DNA of 37,640 nt from a virus. Position 1 is the first letter of the stretch; every line of letters starts with the position of its first letter. The position numbers and the translations under genes were made by a program. Shown here piece by piece: positions 14,417-22,677 of this stretch. The notes below the pieces were generated by a model that saw nothing but the letters and a program-made list of their open reading frames with translations, searched no databases and was not told where the DNA came from. Location: IMG/VR virus record IMGVR_UViG_3300025572_000006, positions 1-37,640 of that record. One strand, written 5' to 3'.

Positions 14417-15158
14417 AGTCACCCCCTGCCAGCCTGCGGATTTGGTTTTTAAGCGATTCTGACGCTTCGGCGTTTTTCGCATCTTGCGCTGTGACAACTT
14501 GACCGGTCGCGAGAAAGTTTTGGACCTGGTTTAAATTCGCAATCAGCGTCGCGACATCATGCGCCTTTGTGATGAACCACGAGTTGTTCATCGCGATGTA
14601 GGCGTTGATGAGGGCCTTTGCTCTTTCCTCGCCAACCGACTCCCCAAGGTTTTTGAGAAGCTTGCCGTCTTGCGGACGAATCACCGGATTGACGCTGTAG
14701 CGCTTGCGGTATTCGTCGCAGTAGTGCGCAACGAGAATTTTTCCGATTTGAGCGGGAGCGATAGCGACCTGCGCCGCAGGCGTTTCCTGAATTTCGCGCC
14801 CTTTATTTTCTTTTATTTTCTTTTCTTTTCTTTTCTTTTCTTTTCTATTAGAGGGCAAATTTAGCAGTCTAACTAGTTGATTTCTTTCGAGTGACTGTAG
14901 CGCCGTCACGACGTCGTAACGACTTTGTCCGATACTGGTCGTGAGTTGCTGGCGTGTTGGTCGAATCACCGCCGAGTAGTCGTCAGCACATCGTGCAAGC
15001 AAGATCACGTATAGGAGACGCTCTACTGGCGTAAGCGTCGCGACTTTGTGATCGTCAAAAATGCGTTTTGCGACCGGGAAATAAGCGTGGTTTTTCTTAA
15101 GCCCGCCTTTGTGTTTTTCCCAGTTGAGAACCTCAATTTCGAAGACCTCGTTTGCCAT
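14403..15158 (-). CDS. Putative replication initiator / replisome organiser (winged-HTH N-terminus)
   Basis: 251 aa from ATG 15158 (GGAGG 9 nt upstream). wHTH-like 'LTPVERLLYVILLARCADD...QLTTSIGQSRYDVVTALQSLERNQLV'. Lys/Glu linker encoded by a (GAAAA)n tract. Confidence 0.5.
   Translation of the reverse strand: MANEVFEIEVLNWEKHKGGLKKNHAYFPVAKRIFDDHKVATLTPVERLLYVILLARCADDYSAVIRPTRQQLTTSIGQSRYDVVTALQSLERNQLVRLLNLPSNRKEKKRKEKKIKENKGREIQETPAAQVAIAPAQIGKILVAHYCDEYRKRYSVNPVIRPQDGKLLKNLGESVGEERAKALINAYIAMNNSWFITKAHDVATLIANLNQVQNFLATGQVVTAQDAKNAEASESLKNQIRRLAGGDYDPR
14816..14845. repeat. Pentanucleotide microsatellite (TTTTC)x6 inside the initiator gene
   Basis: Six perfect tandem TTTTC units, preceded by two TTTTATTTTC units (14801-14820). 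Encodes KEKKRKEKKIKENK on the minus strand. Confidence 0.9.
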
Positions 15159-15185
15159 CCCCCTGCGCCTCCCCCTGCGCCCCAT

Positions 15186-15502
15186 TGGCTGCTTTGAAGT
15201 TGTTGCGGTTATGTGATGAAATCAAAAGCAGATGGACATTCGTTCAGAGCCCCGAAAACCCACCGGGGTAACAAAAGGGGAACAAACTGATGTTGAAGGT
15301 TGTGGCAATTGTTGTTTCGGCCACACAGCGATCATCGTAGGAAAAAATCTGTGAAGACTTGAGGTTATCTGAATAGAGGTGGTGGTCGCTGCAGGAACAC
15401 AACTGAAATTCCGGATATCTACGTGATGTTGATTAGTTATGCCCTCTTCTGTAAGGCAAAGGGTAACATTTGGGGTAACATTCGCTGCGCATTTTTTGTG
15501 CA
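15186..15502. other. Candidate attP region
   Basis: 317-bp non-coding stretch immediately 3' of int. GGGTAACA(TT) occurs three times (15266-15273, 15461-15470, 15473-15482; the last two are in tandem). Confidence 0.4.
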
Positions 15503-16597
15503 TCACACTGACACCTCATCAATTAAGTCGATTGTGTTGAGAAGATCCTCGTCCGAAAGGTTGAGATAAACTTTCTGATACATCCGAAGGCTCATGCCCA
15601 ATATTGTGCAGGCAATCGCTGGATTGACGCCACGTTTCGCAAACTCTGTGGCTCTTGAATGCCGAAGGTCATGGAATCGAAGGCGACCTTTGATGCCAGC
15701 GGCTTGCTTTACAGCTTTCCACTCTTTGTCGATGATTTGAGCCGGGATGTGTTTATCCCCGCGCTTGGCAGGAAAAAGAAACCGGCTATCTCCTGACGCC
15801 TTGATTGCTTTCTCAAGCAAATGTTCAAGAGACTTTGGGACACCGAGAACACGCGGAAGTCCGGTTTTCGTATCGTCTTCGGTGAGAATAATAAAATAAC
15901 GTCCGTTCTTCTTGTATATGCGCTTTTTCTCAAGTGCTCCGATTTCCATTTTTCGCATTCCGAGAATATCGCCGAGACCAATGATGAGTTTTGCACGATC
16001 GGAGCCGTGCTTTCTCAACGCTTCGCGTTCCTCATCCGTAATCACGCGACCTTTCTTTTTGTCGTGATGGCGTTTCTCGGACTTCGGAAGTTTTAACTCC
16101 GGCATTTGGTCCGGCGTAATAGCGCCAGCCTTGAGCATGAAATGAAAGATGTTTCCAAGGTACTTATAGATATTAAAAACCTGGCCGTCGCTTCTTTCGC
16201 GATACCAAATAAGAAAGTCAGAGATGATCCCTTTATGAATTTGATCAGGTCTTAAATTTCCAAAATATGGATTGATGTGATTCTTAACGATGCTATCGAA
16301 TTTCTTAAGCGTGGCATCTCTCGTTTCGTTTGCCACTTTCTCTTTTCGCAAGTCTTCTATGTATTCTTTTATGAGTTTCGCGGGCGCATTCTTTTCTTTC
16401 GGCGTCTCTTTCCCGAGCTCTTCAAGCGCCCTCGGAAGAAAATTAAGAGCTTCAAGGTAACTTGTCGTTTGAAGGCTTTTCTTTCTGATTTTATTGCCGA
16501 CACGAATAACGGCCCAAAAAATACCGCTCATCTCATCGCGATAAAGATGAGATACTGAGTTGCCTTTTTTGTCGCGGTACTTTTTTAGCTTCGACAT
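15503..16597 (-). CDS. int: Tyrosine integrase
   Basis: 364 aa. C-terminal catalytic 'RFHDLRHSRATEFAKRGVNPAIACTILGMSLRMYQKVYL' (H-x-x-R ... Y) and upstream 'GMRKMEIGAL' (Arg I box). Confidence 0.9.
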   Translation of the reverse strand: MSKLKKYRDKKGNSVSHLYRDEMSGIFWAVIRVGNKIRKKSLQTTSYLEALNFLPRALEELGKETPKEKNAPAKLIKEYIEDLRKEKVANETRDATLKKFDSIVKNHINPYFGNLRPDQIHKGIISDFLIWYRERSDGQVFNIYKYLGNIFHFMLKAGAITPDQMPELKLPKSEKRHHDKKKGRVITDEEREALRKHGSDRAKLIIGLGDILGMRKMEIGALEKKRIYKKNGRYFIILTEDDTKTGLPRVLGVPKSLEHLLEKAIKASGDSRFLFPAKRGDKHIPAQIIDKEWKAVKQAAGIKGRLRFHDLRHSRATEFAKRGVNPAIACTILGMSLRMYQKVYLNLSDEDLLNTIDLIDEVSV

Positions 16598-16601
16598 TTA
16601 A

Positions 16602-16799
16602 TCACTCAGGCTTGGTGAAGTATTTTGCTTTCCATTCTTCAAAAGCTTCCACCGGGATCGCATAATTGCCGTTGAACACGAGAGTACGAAGGCGTCCTTT
16701 TTTTATTTCACGCCGAATTGTTTCGGTGCACTTGCCGACAATTTTGGCGACATCACCAGTCGAATAAAATGCAGCTTGTTTGATTTTCTTCGCTCCCAT
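16602..16799 (-). CDS. xis: Excisionase-family DNA-binding protein
   Basis: 65 aa directly upstream of int. 'YSTGDVAKIVGKCTETIRREIKKGRL' is a MerR/excisionase-type HTH. Confidence 0.7.
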   Translation of the reverse strand: MGAKKIKQAAFYSTGDVAKIVGKCTETIRREIKKGRLRTLVFNGNYAIPVEAFEEWKAKYFTKPE

Positions 16800-16896
16800 T
16801 TTCTACCTCACAAAACCGAGGCGCCCGCGCCGCCTGGCGAGGTGATCAGGTCGACGCGGGAAACGCCTCGAAAATTATTACGCATTCGATATACCT

Positions 16897-16926
16897 AAAA
16901 GTTGAAGCGAGGCCGCTCGCTTCAAC
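16897..16926 (-). terminator. Strong rho-independent terminator between the early genes and xis-int
   Basis: On the minus strand: perfect 11-bp stem GTTGAAGCGAG-cggc-CTCGCTTCAAC followed by TTTT. Confidence 0.8.
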
Positions 16927-16983
16927 AAAGCCGCTATCAATCCACACGGGGGTTTGTGGCGACAGCGGCTTTGCTCAAGCGAG

Positions 16984-17181
16984 TTAGTCGCTTTCAATCT
17001 CTTCCGTCTCCACTTCCGCAATTTCGCAGTTCGGACAAAATACGAAATGTTCTTCGTGGTCCGGCGTCGCAATGATATCGACCTCTTCACCGCAATGAGC
17101 GCAGACTTTGATCGTCTCACGTCGCCGACGCGGTTTGATTTCGCCGTCTCGAATTGTGAGAACGTCAGAGAGTCGATTCAC
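16984..17181 (-). CDS. Zinc-ribbon protein (65 aa)
   Basis: CAHC-x20-CPNC. Acidic tail. 4-nt coupled to the upstream gene. Confidence 0.55.
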   Translation of the reverse strand: MNRLSDVLTIRDGEIKPRRRRETIKVCAHCGEEVDIIATPDHEEHFVFCPNCEIAEVETEEIESD

Positions 17182-17366
17182 GCCGGTAACCTCAGCTTTT
17201 TCAATTCCTCGTTCTCTCGAATGAGTCGCTCAATGAGTTCGAGCAAAACTTCATTGTCGCGAAGACCTTTGTACGAAATCGCGCCACGCCGAACATGCTC
17301 TCGCATCATTAAAACGTGTCTACGCAAATTCTCAAGCGCGTCTTGTTCTTGTTTGGAAAGAGTCAT
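17178..17366 (-). CDS. Hypothetical 62-aa protein
   Basis: Helical and charged. ATGA coupling on both sides. Confidence 0.5.
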   Translation of the reverse strand: MTLSKQEQDALENLRRHVLMMREHVRRGAISYKGLRDNEVLLELIERLIRENEELKKLRLPA

Positions 17367-17602
17367 GCTGAAACTCCTTTTTTGAAAGCTATAACTTCGT
17401 TGTCTTCATCAAGACCAAGTCCGTTTTCCTCGATGAATTTTTCAAGTTTGATGATGCGCTGTTTGAGGTAGCCGAGATCGTCGAGCATTTCCATCGAGAG
17501 TCGCTGAATTGTTGAATGCATTTTAAGAAGGTGCTCATAGTCTTCGCTCAGTTCGTTATATGCATTAACAATTTCATCGCGCATTTTTTCGGCAAGTGTC
17601 AT
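17363..17602 (-). CDS. Hypothetical 79-aa protein
   Basis: ORF in the coupled chain. No motif recognised. Confidence 0.5.
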   Translation of the reverse strand: MTLAEKMRDEIVNAYNELSEDYEHLLKMHSTIQRLSMEMLDDLGYLKQRIIKLEKFIEENGLGLDEDNEVIAFKKGVSA

Positions 17603-17808
17603 ACAGCATGCTCCAATTGTTCTTTTAGAAACGCCTCGCCTAGTTTTTCTGCGAAACGGGCGATTTCGTCCGCCGAAAACGCCTCGGTTACATTAATACC
17701 ACGAAACGTCACGCGAACATTGCCGACGCGAACGCGGCCGCTTCGATATTCAACGTCGCCTTCGATCTCAAATTCTTCTTCGATGTCGATATAAATGCTG
17801 TGATTCAT
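17599..17808 (-). CDS. Hypothetical 69-aa protein
   Basis: ORF in the coupled chain after recT. Confidence 0.5.
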   Translation of the reverse strand: MNHSIYIDIEEEFEIEGDVEYRSGRVRVGNVRVTFRGINVTEAFSADEIARFAEKLGEAFLKEQLEHAV

Positions 17809-18779
17809 GATACACCCTTGGCTTGTTTGTAAAGACTTGGACCATCCCAGTCGGGAACATCGAAACTCTCATCCGTAGTGACTTCGTGCATTTTCGATGC
17901 ATCACGCGAGTCAAGCCATGCCGTTGCTGCCGTCAAAAACTCGGCGACTTGTCCTTTGATCGTTTGTCCTTTCGCAACGGCCTCGTTTTGAATGAATTCG
18001 ACATATCGAGCGAGTTCGAAAATGTCGATGTCCTTGATCTTCATGCCAGGCGTGCCGTCTTTTTTGGGGCCAAACTTTCCGAACGTGACAACGTACTCGC
18101 CAGGATCTTGCTCGGCTTTCTTCGAATTTTCCCGCGCAGCCTTAAGCGGATTTTCGCGTTTCCGTTTTGATTTTTCGTTTTCGGACTGTGAATCAGCCTG
18201 CGCCATTTCGTCGGACGTGTATAGACCGGACATTTCAGCTGGAAACGCTTTCCGCAACGCAAGCGCCTCAGCGACTTTCGCAAGCATTAGATCGGGCATT
18301 TTTGCCCACATCATCATGGGCTTTCCGTCGCGATCGGTTTGAACGTAGGACTCCCAACGCGCGACCGCCCAAAGCGGCTCTTTGAAATCCGCATGAATCA
18401 CGCCGATTTTTGCCGCGGCAGGTGGTTCATCCGACAGCCAAACATCAACCCAATTCCCATCTTTTCCGCACCAATACGGGCCAACCTGGCCTTGGTATTT
18501 CCCGGTTCGTGCTGCGATCAAACGGAAGCCGTCGATCGACGTTTGAATCGACATAACCTCACGCTGTTCTTTTCGGTCCCATCGTTTGACGGCATAAACT
18601 TGACGCGCAAACGGATCAAGGCCAGTGCGTTTTGCGACATGCAGGAACAATTGCAGTTCATCGTCAGTAGCGCCTTTGCAAATCGTACGCTTCAAAAGTT
18701 CAACCTGCTCGCGAGTCCAAACGGCAGCAACAGGCGCTTGATTTTGACCGTTTTGCGTTGTCATCAATTCGTTAGACAT
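17805..18779 (-). CDS. recT: RecT/Bet-family single-strand annealing recombinase
   Basis: 324 aa. '[21 protein letters not shown]', '[13 protein letters not shown]' and '[36 protein letters not shown]' are typical RecT motifs. Confidence 0.85.
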   Translation of the reverse strand: MSNELMTTQNGQNQAPVAAVWTREQVELLKRTICKGATDDELQLFLHVAKRTGLDPFARQVYAVKRWDRKEQREVMSIQTSIDGFRLIAARTGKYQGQVGPYWCGKDGNWVDVWLSDEPPAAAKIGVIHADFKEPLWAVARWESYVQTDRDGKPMMMWAKMPDLMLAKVAEALALRKAFPAEMSGLYTSDEMAQADSQSENEKSKRKRENPLKAARENSKKAEQDPGEYVVTFGKFGPKKDGTPGMKIKDIDIFELARYVEFIQNEAVAKGQTIKGQVAEFLTAATAWLDSRDASKMHEVTTDESFDVPDWDGPSLYKQAKGVS

Positions 18780-19311
18780 TTGCTGCCTCCGTCAGCTTCG
18801 GGGCTGTTGCGACTTTGGCAACAATGCGCTCGGTTCGCTCAATGCGCGCCCCTGGGACCGGAACGCCGAGTTTCAAATCATCGCCAAGCTTCTTTTTGTC
18901 GATTTTTGTAACCGTTTCGGTGATGACGTATTCGCCGGGTATCTTTGATTCGTCGTCGATCACAACTTTCGGCGGATTCAATTGACGACGGAACAAAACT
19001 TCGTGACCAGCGATTTCGGAGACATCGAGCGTTTTCATTGCGTTCAAAATTCGCTCTTTCATGCTGTCCACAGCACGTGCGCACGACTTAGCGAATGCAA
19101 GCCATTCCTCCGCACGGACGCGAGCGATTTCCGCACGCGCTTCGAGGTCTTGCATGACGACAAAATACGCATCTATTTTTTCGGCAAGCTCCGTTCCGTT
19201 TTTGTCGAGAAGCGCTTCGATCTCGGGCGTGATTTCGCCGCCGGAGTCGGCGAGCATATTCAAAATCGCGCTCGCTTCCTTCATCAGGACTGGCAATGTT
19301 TTTTTATTCAT
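18772..19311 (-). CDS. Gp157-like protein (recombinase-associated)
   Basis: 179 aa from ATG 19311 (SD GAGGTG). Helical N-terminus. C-terminal '[37 protein letters not shown]' resembles the siphovirus Gp157 family. Adjacent to recT. Confidence 0.5.
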   Translation of the reverse strand: MNKKTLPVLMKEASAILNMLADSGGEITPEIEALLDKNGTELAEKIDAYFVVMQDLEARAEIARVRAEEWLAFAKSCARAVDSMKERILNAMKTLDVSEIAGHEVLFRRQLNPPKVVIDDESKIPGEYVITETVTKIDKKKLGDDLKLGVPVPGARIERTERIVAKVATAPKLTEAANV

Positions 19312-19408
19312 TTTCACCTCGCCTTGGAAAAAGTGCAAAAATCCCTATTCGGTTTGAAAACTCAAACCGTTTGTGTTTAAGTCGCGTCGGTTCGAAAATT
19401 TAAAGGCC

Positions 19409-19657
19409 CTACGCCGTTTCTTTCACGTTCGCCACAACGGGAAAGAGAACGTCTTCGGGCATGCCAGTTGCGCGCTCAAAGGCCCGCCTAGTCACAGGCC
19501 TAGGTGCGCCCTTTTGTTTGCCGGAGACGATCCTCTCAATCGTCCACGGCTGTAATCCTTCTGCGAGAAGGGCCGCCCAATTCTTTTTCGGGTCAGAGGC
19601 GAGCCAACTCCGCAGCATGTCTACGTCTGTCTTTCGAAATTGATTATCTCTAATCAT
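19409..19657 (-). CDS. Cro-like early regulator (82 aa)
   Basis: ATG 19657 has GAGG upstream. Divergent from the repressor gene. Possible HTH 'NWAALLAEGLQPWTIERIVSG'. The longer ORF-track version would overlap the repressor gene. Confidence 0.5.
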   Translation of the reverse strand: MIRDNQFRKTDVDMLRSWLASDPKKNWAALLAEGLQPWTIERIVSGKQKGAPRPVTRRAFERATGMPEDVLFPVVANVKETA

Positions 19658-19669
19658 TGCGCCTCGAAA

Positions 19670-19720
19670 GTTACACAAAACCTTACCAAATCGCAACACG
19701 AAAGTATTGTTTTGTGTAAC
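19670..19720. promoter_or_regulatory. Genetic-switch operators: perfect 12-bp inverted repeat GTTACACAAAAC / GTTTTGTGTAAC
   Basis: Arms at 19670-19681 and 19709-19720, separated by 27 bp, in the 88-bp region between the divergent Cro-like and CI-like genes. Confidence 0.6.
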
Positions 19721-19745
19721 GACGGAAATAATTTCATAACGTATT

Positions 19746-20225
19746 GTGCAAATAATGAAGAAACTCTCGGAAAAACAAATACTTACGACTTTCGCCCAGA
19801 AGGTGCGCGAACTCCGAGAGTTACGCGGACTAACGCAAGAGCAATTGGCCGAAGCCGCAGGCATATCGAAAAACGCCGTTACCCTCATCGAGCTCGAACA
19901 AAGAGCTCCCCGAATCAATACAGTTGTTGCCCTTGCCTATGGCCTTGGCGTTGAACCATCAGAACTTCTGCGCTTCTCAATTTCTACGGAAAATCTACGG
20001 ACGGTTGCTGAGCCGTCTGCGCCGTACGAAAACGGTCTTAATCCCCAGGAAATCGCCGACCTGATTTTGGCTTACGGAAACGCAGAATCTTCGCTCCGCG
20101 CTTCGATTCGTCGCCAACTTGGTCTCGAGAAATCGGATCAGGATCGCGAGGCTTTTGAACGGCACGCTCTTTCATATCGCGAGCAACGAGATAAGCTTCA
20201 AATAAAAGATCGCAAAGGCGAGTAA
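19746..20225 (+). CDS. CI-like repressor (XRE-family HTH)
   Basis: 'FAQKVRELRELRGLTQEQLAEAAGISKNAVTLIELEQRAPRINTVVALAYGLGVEPSELL'. No SD. GTG 19746 or ATG 19755. Possibly leaderless from TTGTGT-N17-CATAAC. Confidence 0.8.
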   Translation: MQIMKKLSEKQILTTFAQKVRELRELRGLTQEQLAEAAGISKNAVTLIELEQRAPRINTVVALAYGLGVEPSELLRFSISTENLRTVAEPSAPYENGLNPQEIADLILAYGNAESSLRASIRRQLGLEKSDQDREAFERHALSYREQRDKLQIKDRKGE

Positions 20226-20460
20226 TCAAACTCTCCATTCACGCTCCACCAACGTTCCGCTAGTCGGGTTAAGTTTTTGCGAAAACATATCGGCGAGAGG
20301 TCGAGTTTTTTTAATGATGTTTTCTTAGCGGATGCTACCTGACAGGTATCCATCTAACAGGGCGAAAATCCCGACCAAGGACTGTTTCAAAATGGGATTC
20401 GCCTTAAGTTTCGGGCTCTAAGAACCGATATAAATTGAAAGCATTTATTTAGGAGGCGCG

Positions 20461-21057
20461 ATGAAAGCGATTCTCGCTCTTCTCTTAGTAGTTACGCTTT
20501 CAGCTTGCAAAGGCGGCGGCGGATCTGTTGTGAGCGGCGTGCCGCCTCTTATTCCGACGCCAACACCTGCGCCTAATCCTATTGACTATTCATACCACAA
20601 GTGCGGACAAATTCAGGCGTGTGCAAAAGTTTGCGATTTCCATAATCCCATCGCCACGGAAAGCCAAATAAGAAACATTGTGTGTCCGGCCATTCATCAC
20701 TCGGGAACCGGGCCGCTCTGCACTGCTCTTGTCGAATACCACGACGAAAAATACTTACCGGACAATCAATCATGTAAAAACGAATATGTCATCGATCGAA
20801 CAAATCCTGAATTTCTGTTGGGCGAACGATGCCGAGACAATCCATGTTGTGAAGCAATTTGCTTGCAACAAATCAAACGAAAACCCTTTGGTGGGAATCC
20901 TTCATCCGGATTAGCTGCCAAAGCATCCGTCGATAACTTTTTAACTCACAACAAACAGGATGCGTGTTTAGATGCGCCCGCTGCGTACATTATCAACGTT
21001 TTCGAGCCGTTCTTTGAAATGTTCCCAGATTTCCGGCCAGCGGAATGCCTGCCGTGA
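20461..21057 (+). CDS. Cys-rich lipoprotein (moron, expressed with the repressor side)
   Basis: SD AGGAGG. Signal plus lipobox 'MKAILALLLVVTLSAC' followed by GGGGS. 11 further Cys residues. Convergent with the end of the late operon. Confidence 0.75.
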   Translation: MKAILALLLVVTLSACKGGGGSVVSGVPPLIPTPTPAPNPIDYSYHKCGQIQACAKVCDFHNPIATESQIRNIVCPAIHHSGTGPLCTALVEYHDEKYLPDNQSCKNEYVIDRTNPEFLLGERCRDNPCCEAICLQQIKRKPFGGNPSSGLAAKASVDNFLTHNKQDACLDAPAAYIINVFEPFFEMFPDFRPAECLP

Positions 21058-21061
21058 ATGC

Positions 21062-21262
21062 TTAATTCATCGCCTCACGATTTAGACCATAGTCCTCAAA
21101 GAGTCTTTCGGGTTCATCGGCATATTCGGATAAAAACTGCAAAAGCATCGAAAGGAATTCCTGCGCTGAAAGCGAGGCGTCTGATGTGAAACCGAGTTCG
21201 ACATGACGGCCATCGTCGGTTCGGAAAACATAGACATCGACGCCGATTTCTTCATCAAGCAA
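21062..21262 (-). CDS. Hypothetical acidic 66-aa protein (TTG start)
   Basis: Last ORF of the late operon. Only a TTG start with AGGTGA upstream. Overlaps the amidase stop. Confidence 0.4.
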   Translation of the reverse strand: MLDEEIGVDVYVFRTDDGRHVELGFTSDASLSAQEFLSMLLQFLSEYADEPERLFEDYGLNREAMN

Positions 21263-21929
21263 GGTTCACCTGCATGCGACTATTGGCCCACTCGACACAA
21301 GCATCAATGAGAGCGTGAGCGTACTGCTCCTTTCTCTCAAGCGCCATCTTCGCTTCTTTTGGATTGTCGCCGAAAAAGCCTTCGATCAAACAATTGGGGA
21401 TATTCGGTAACGCATGAACGTTTGATCCGCCGCGATCGGTTGCTGAAAGCGTTTTCACTCCGCGATCGCCGGCGCCCGGCTTTCGATCAAACACATTGCA
21501 CACGTGATTATGAACAAAATTAGCAAACTGTTTGTCAGCACCTTCATTTGAGCAAAGCGTTTCAGTGCCAGAAACCGTTCCATTGAACGCATTGAAATGA
21601 AGTTCGATCACGCAATCAACGCCGAGAGATTTTGCTTTTTTGTATGCACCTGAAATTCCAATCCCGTCGCGAAAAATGATTTCTGCCGTAACGCCGATTC
21701 GTTTTGCATAGTCTTTTGCAAGCTGTGCAATCTCAGAATTGTAGGCGTACTCGGAAAGTCTATAAGGCGCTGGCATCACGGCACCTTGAGCGGACTTTTC
21801 ATGCCCAACGATCAGGCCGATCCTTAGTTCACCGATTTCTTTTTCAATCGGATCGACCTGATCTATTGTTTCAACGTGCGCGAAGAACTGTTTCAAAAGA
21901 TCCGACAACCATTCGATGAATGCTTTCAT
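21255..21929 (-). CDS. N-acetylmuramoyl-L-alanine amidase endolysin (Amidase_3 type)
   Basis: 224 aa. 'GLIVGHEKSAQGA', 'EYAYNSEIA' and 'CVIELHFNAFNGTVSGTETL' match the Zn-ligand H/E/H pattern of Amidase_3. Confidence 0.8.
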   Translation of the reverse strand: MKAFIEWLSDLLKQFFAHVETIDQVDPIEKEIGELRIGLIVGHEKSAQGAVMPAPYRLSEYAYNSEIAQLAKDYAKRIGVTAEIIFRDGIGISGAYKKAKSLGVDCVIELHFNAFNGTVSGTETLCSNEGADKQFANFVHNHVCNVFDRKPGAGDRGVKTLSATDRGGSNVHALPNIPNCLIEGFFGDNPKEAKMALERKEQYAHALIDACVEWANSRMQVNLA

Positions 21930-22285
21930 TTTGTCTCCAATGCTTTATCAACTGAGTTGATCGTTCGTTCCCAAGAGCTGATTTCTTTGTCACATTGGCC
22001 TGTGCGCTTACATTGCGTGATTATGTACGTTTTAAGTTTCGCCCATGATTTCGCCGGAATCATGAGCATCGTTGGCCTAGCGTCCCACCACGAAAGACCA
22101 TCGAGTTTGTTCTTATCGTCAACGGTAAACTCGGTGGCTGAAATCGTGTTCACGCAATAGCCTTTCGCCAAATGGATTTCGACACAAACAGGAATATCCG
22201 GCGGCGCTGTTGCACACGATGAGAGAATGAAAACGCCAATCAGCGATAGCTTAATTCGTAAATTTAACAAACGCTCTAAAAGCAT
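21926..22285 (-). CDS. Lipoprotein (119 aa; o-spanin-like position)
   Basis: Internal ATG 22285 gives MLLERLLNLRIKLSLIGVFILSSC with the lipobox LSSC. ATGA coupling to the amidase gene. Overlaps the 3' end of the preceding membrane-protein gene by 35 nt. Confidence 0.6.
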   Translation of the reverse strand: MLLERLLNLRIKLSLIGVFILSSCATAPPDIPVCVEIHLAKGYCVNTISATEFTVDDKNKLDGLSWWDARPTMLMIPAKSWAKLKTYIITQCKRTGQCDKEISSWERTINSVDKALETK

Positions 22286-22598
22286 CAATGAGTTCCTTTT
22301 CCGCCTTTTCTTTTTCTTCCGGTGTTCCGCTCTCTTGTGCTTTGCGGTTTCTGATTGCGGCTTCCATAAATGCAACGCCTTGTTTGTTTGTCCTGGTGTC
22401 GATGTAGAGATAGAAAAGACCAAATTCAGTTTCACGAATCGCAATCTTCAACACGTAGCCGACAATGAAGCTCGCAATCGGATTCACAATCGGCCACGCC
22501 AAAAAGGGCAGCTTCGCAACAAGGTAACTCATCACGAAGCGCTGCCCTAGATCGAGTGCGGTTGACTTGATTAGTTCAACGTATTCATCTCGTGTCAT
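22251..22598 (-). CDS. Membrane protein, holin candidate (115 aa)
   Basis: Hydrophobic segments 'FVMSYLVAKLPFLAWPIVNPIASFIVGYVL' and a charged C-terminus. Located in the lysis cassette. Confidence 0.5.
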   Translation of the reverse strand: MTRDEYVELIKSTALDLGQRFVMSYLVAKLPFLAWPIVNPIASFIVGYVLKIAIRETEFGLFYLYIDTRTNKQGVAFMEAAIRNRKAQESGTPEEKEKAEKELIDAFRAFVKFTN

Positions 22599-22669
22599 AC
22601 GTGTTTAAGCGCAATGAAAGCTGCGATTCCAATCCCAAGCACAAGATACCAAAGCCATGACTTTTGCAT
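22595..22669 (-). CDS. 24-aa membrane peptide
   Basis: MQKSWLWYLVLGIGIAAFIALKHV. GAGGT upstream. ATGA overlap with the holin-candidate start. Confidence 0.4.
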   Translation of the reverse strand: MQKSWLWYLVLGIGIAAFIALKHV

Positions 22670-22677
22670 TTTGAACC

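Noticed and set aside
15159-15180. Direct repeat CCCCCTGCGC-CT-CCCCCTGCGC upstream of the initiator gene as iterons
   Set aside because: There are only two copies, and they overlap the GGAGG SD region of the gene. This is more simply a duplicated ribosome-binding region than an origin element.
15222-15506. 94-aa minus-strand ORF downstream of int
   Set aside because: Composition is not protein-like, there is no SD, and it lies in the putative attP region with repeated GGGTAACA sites.
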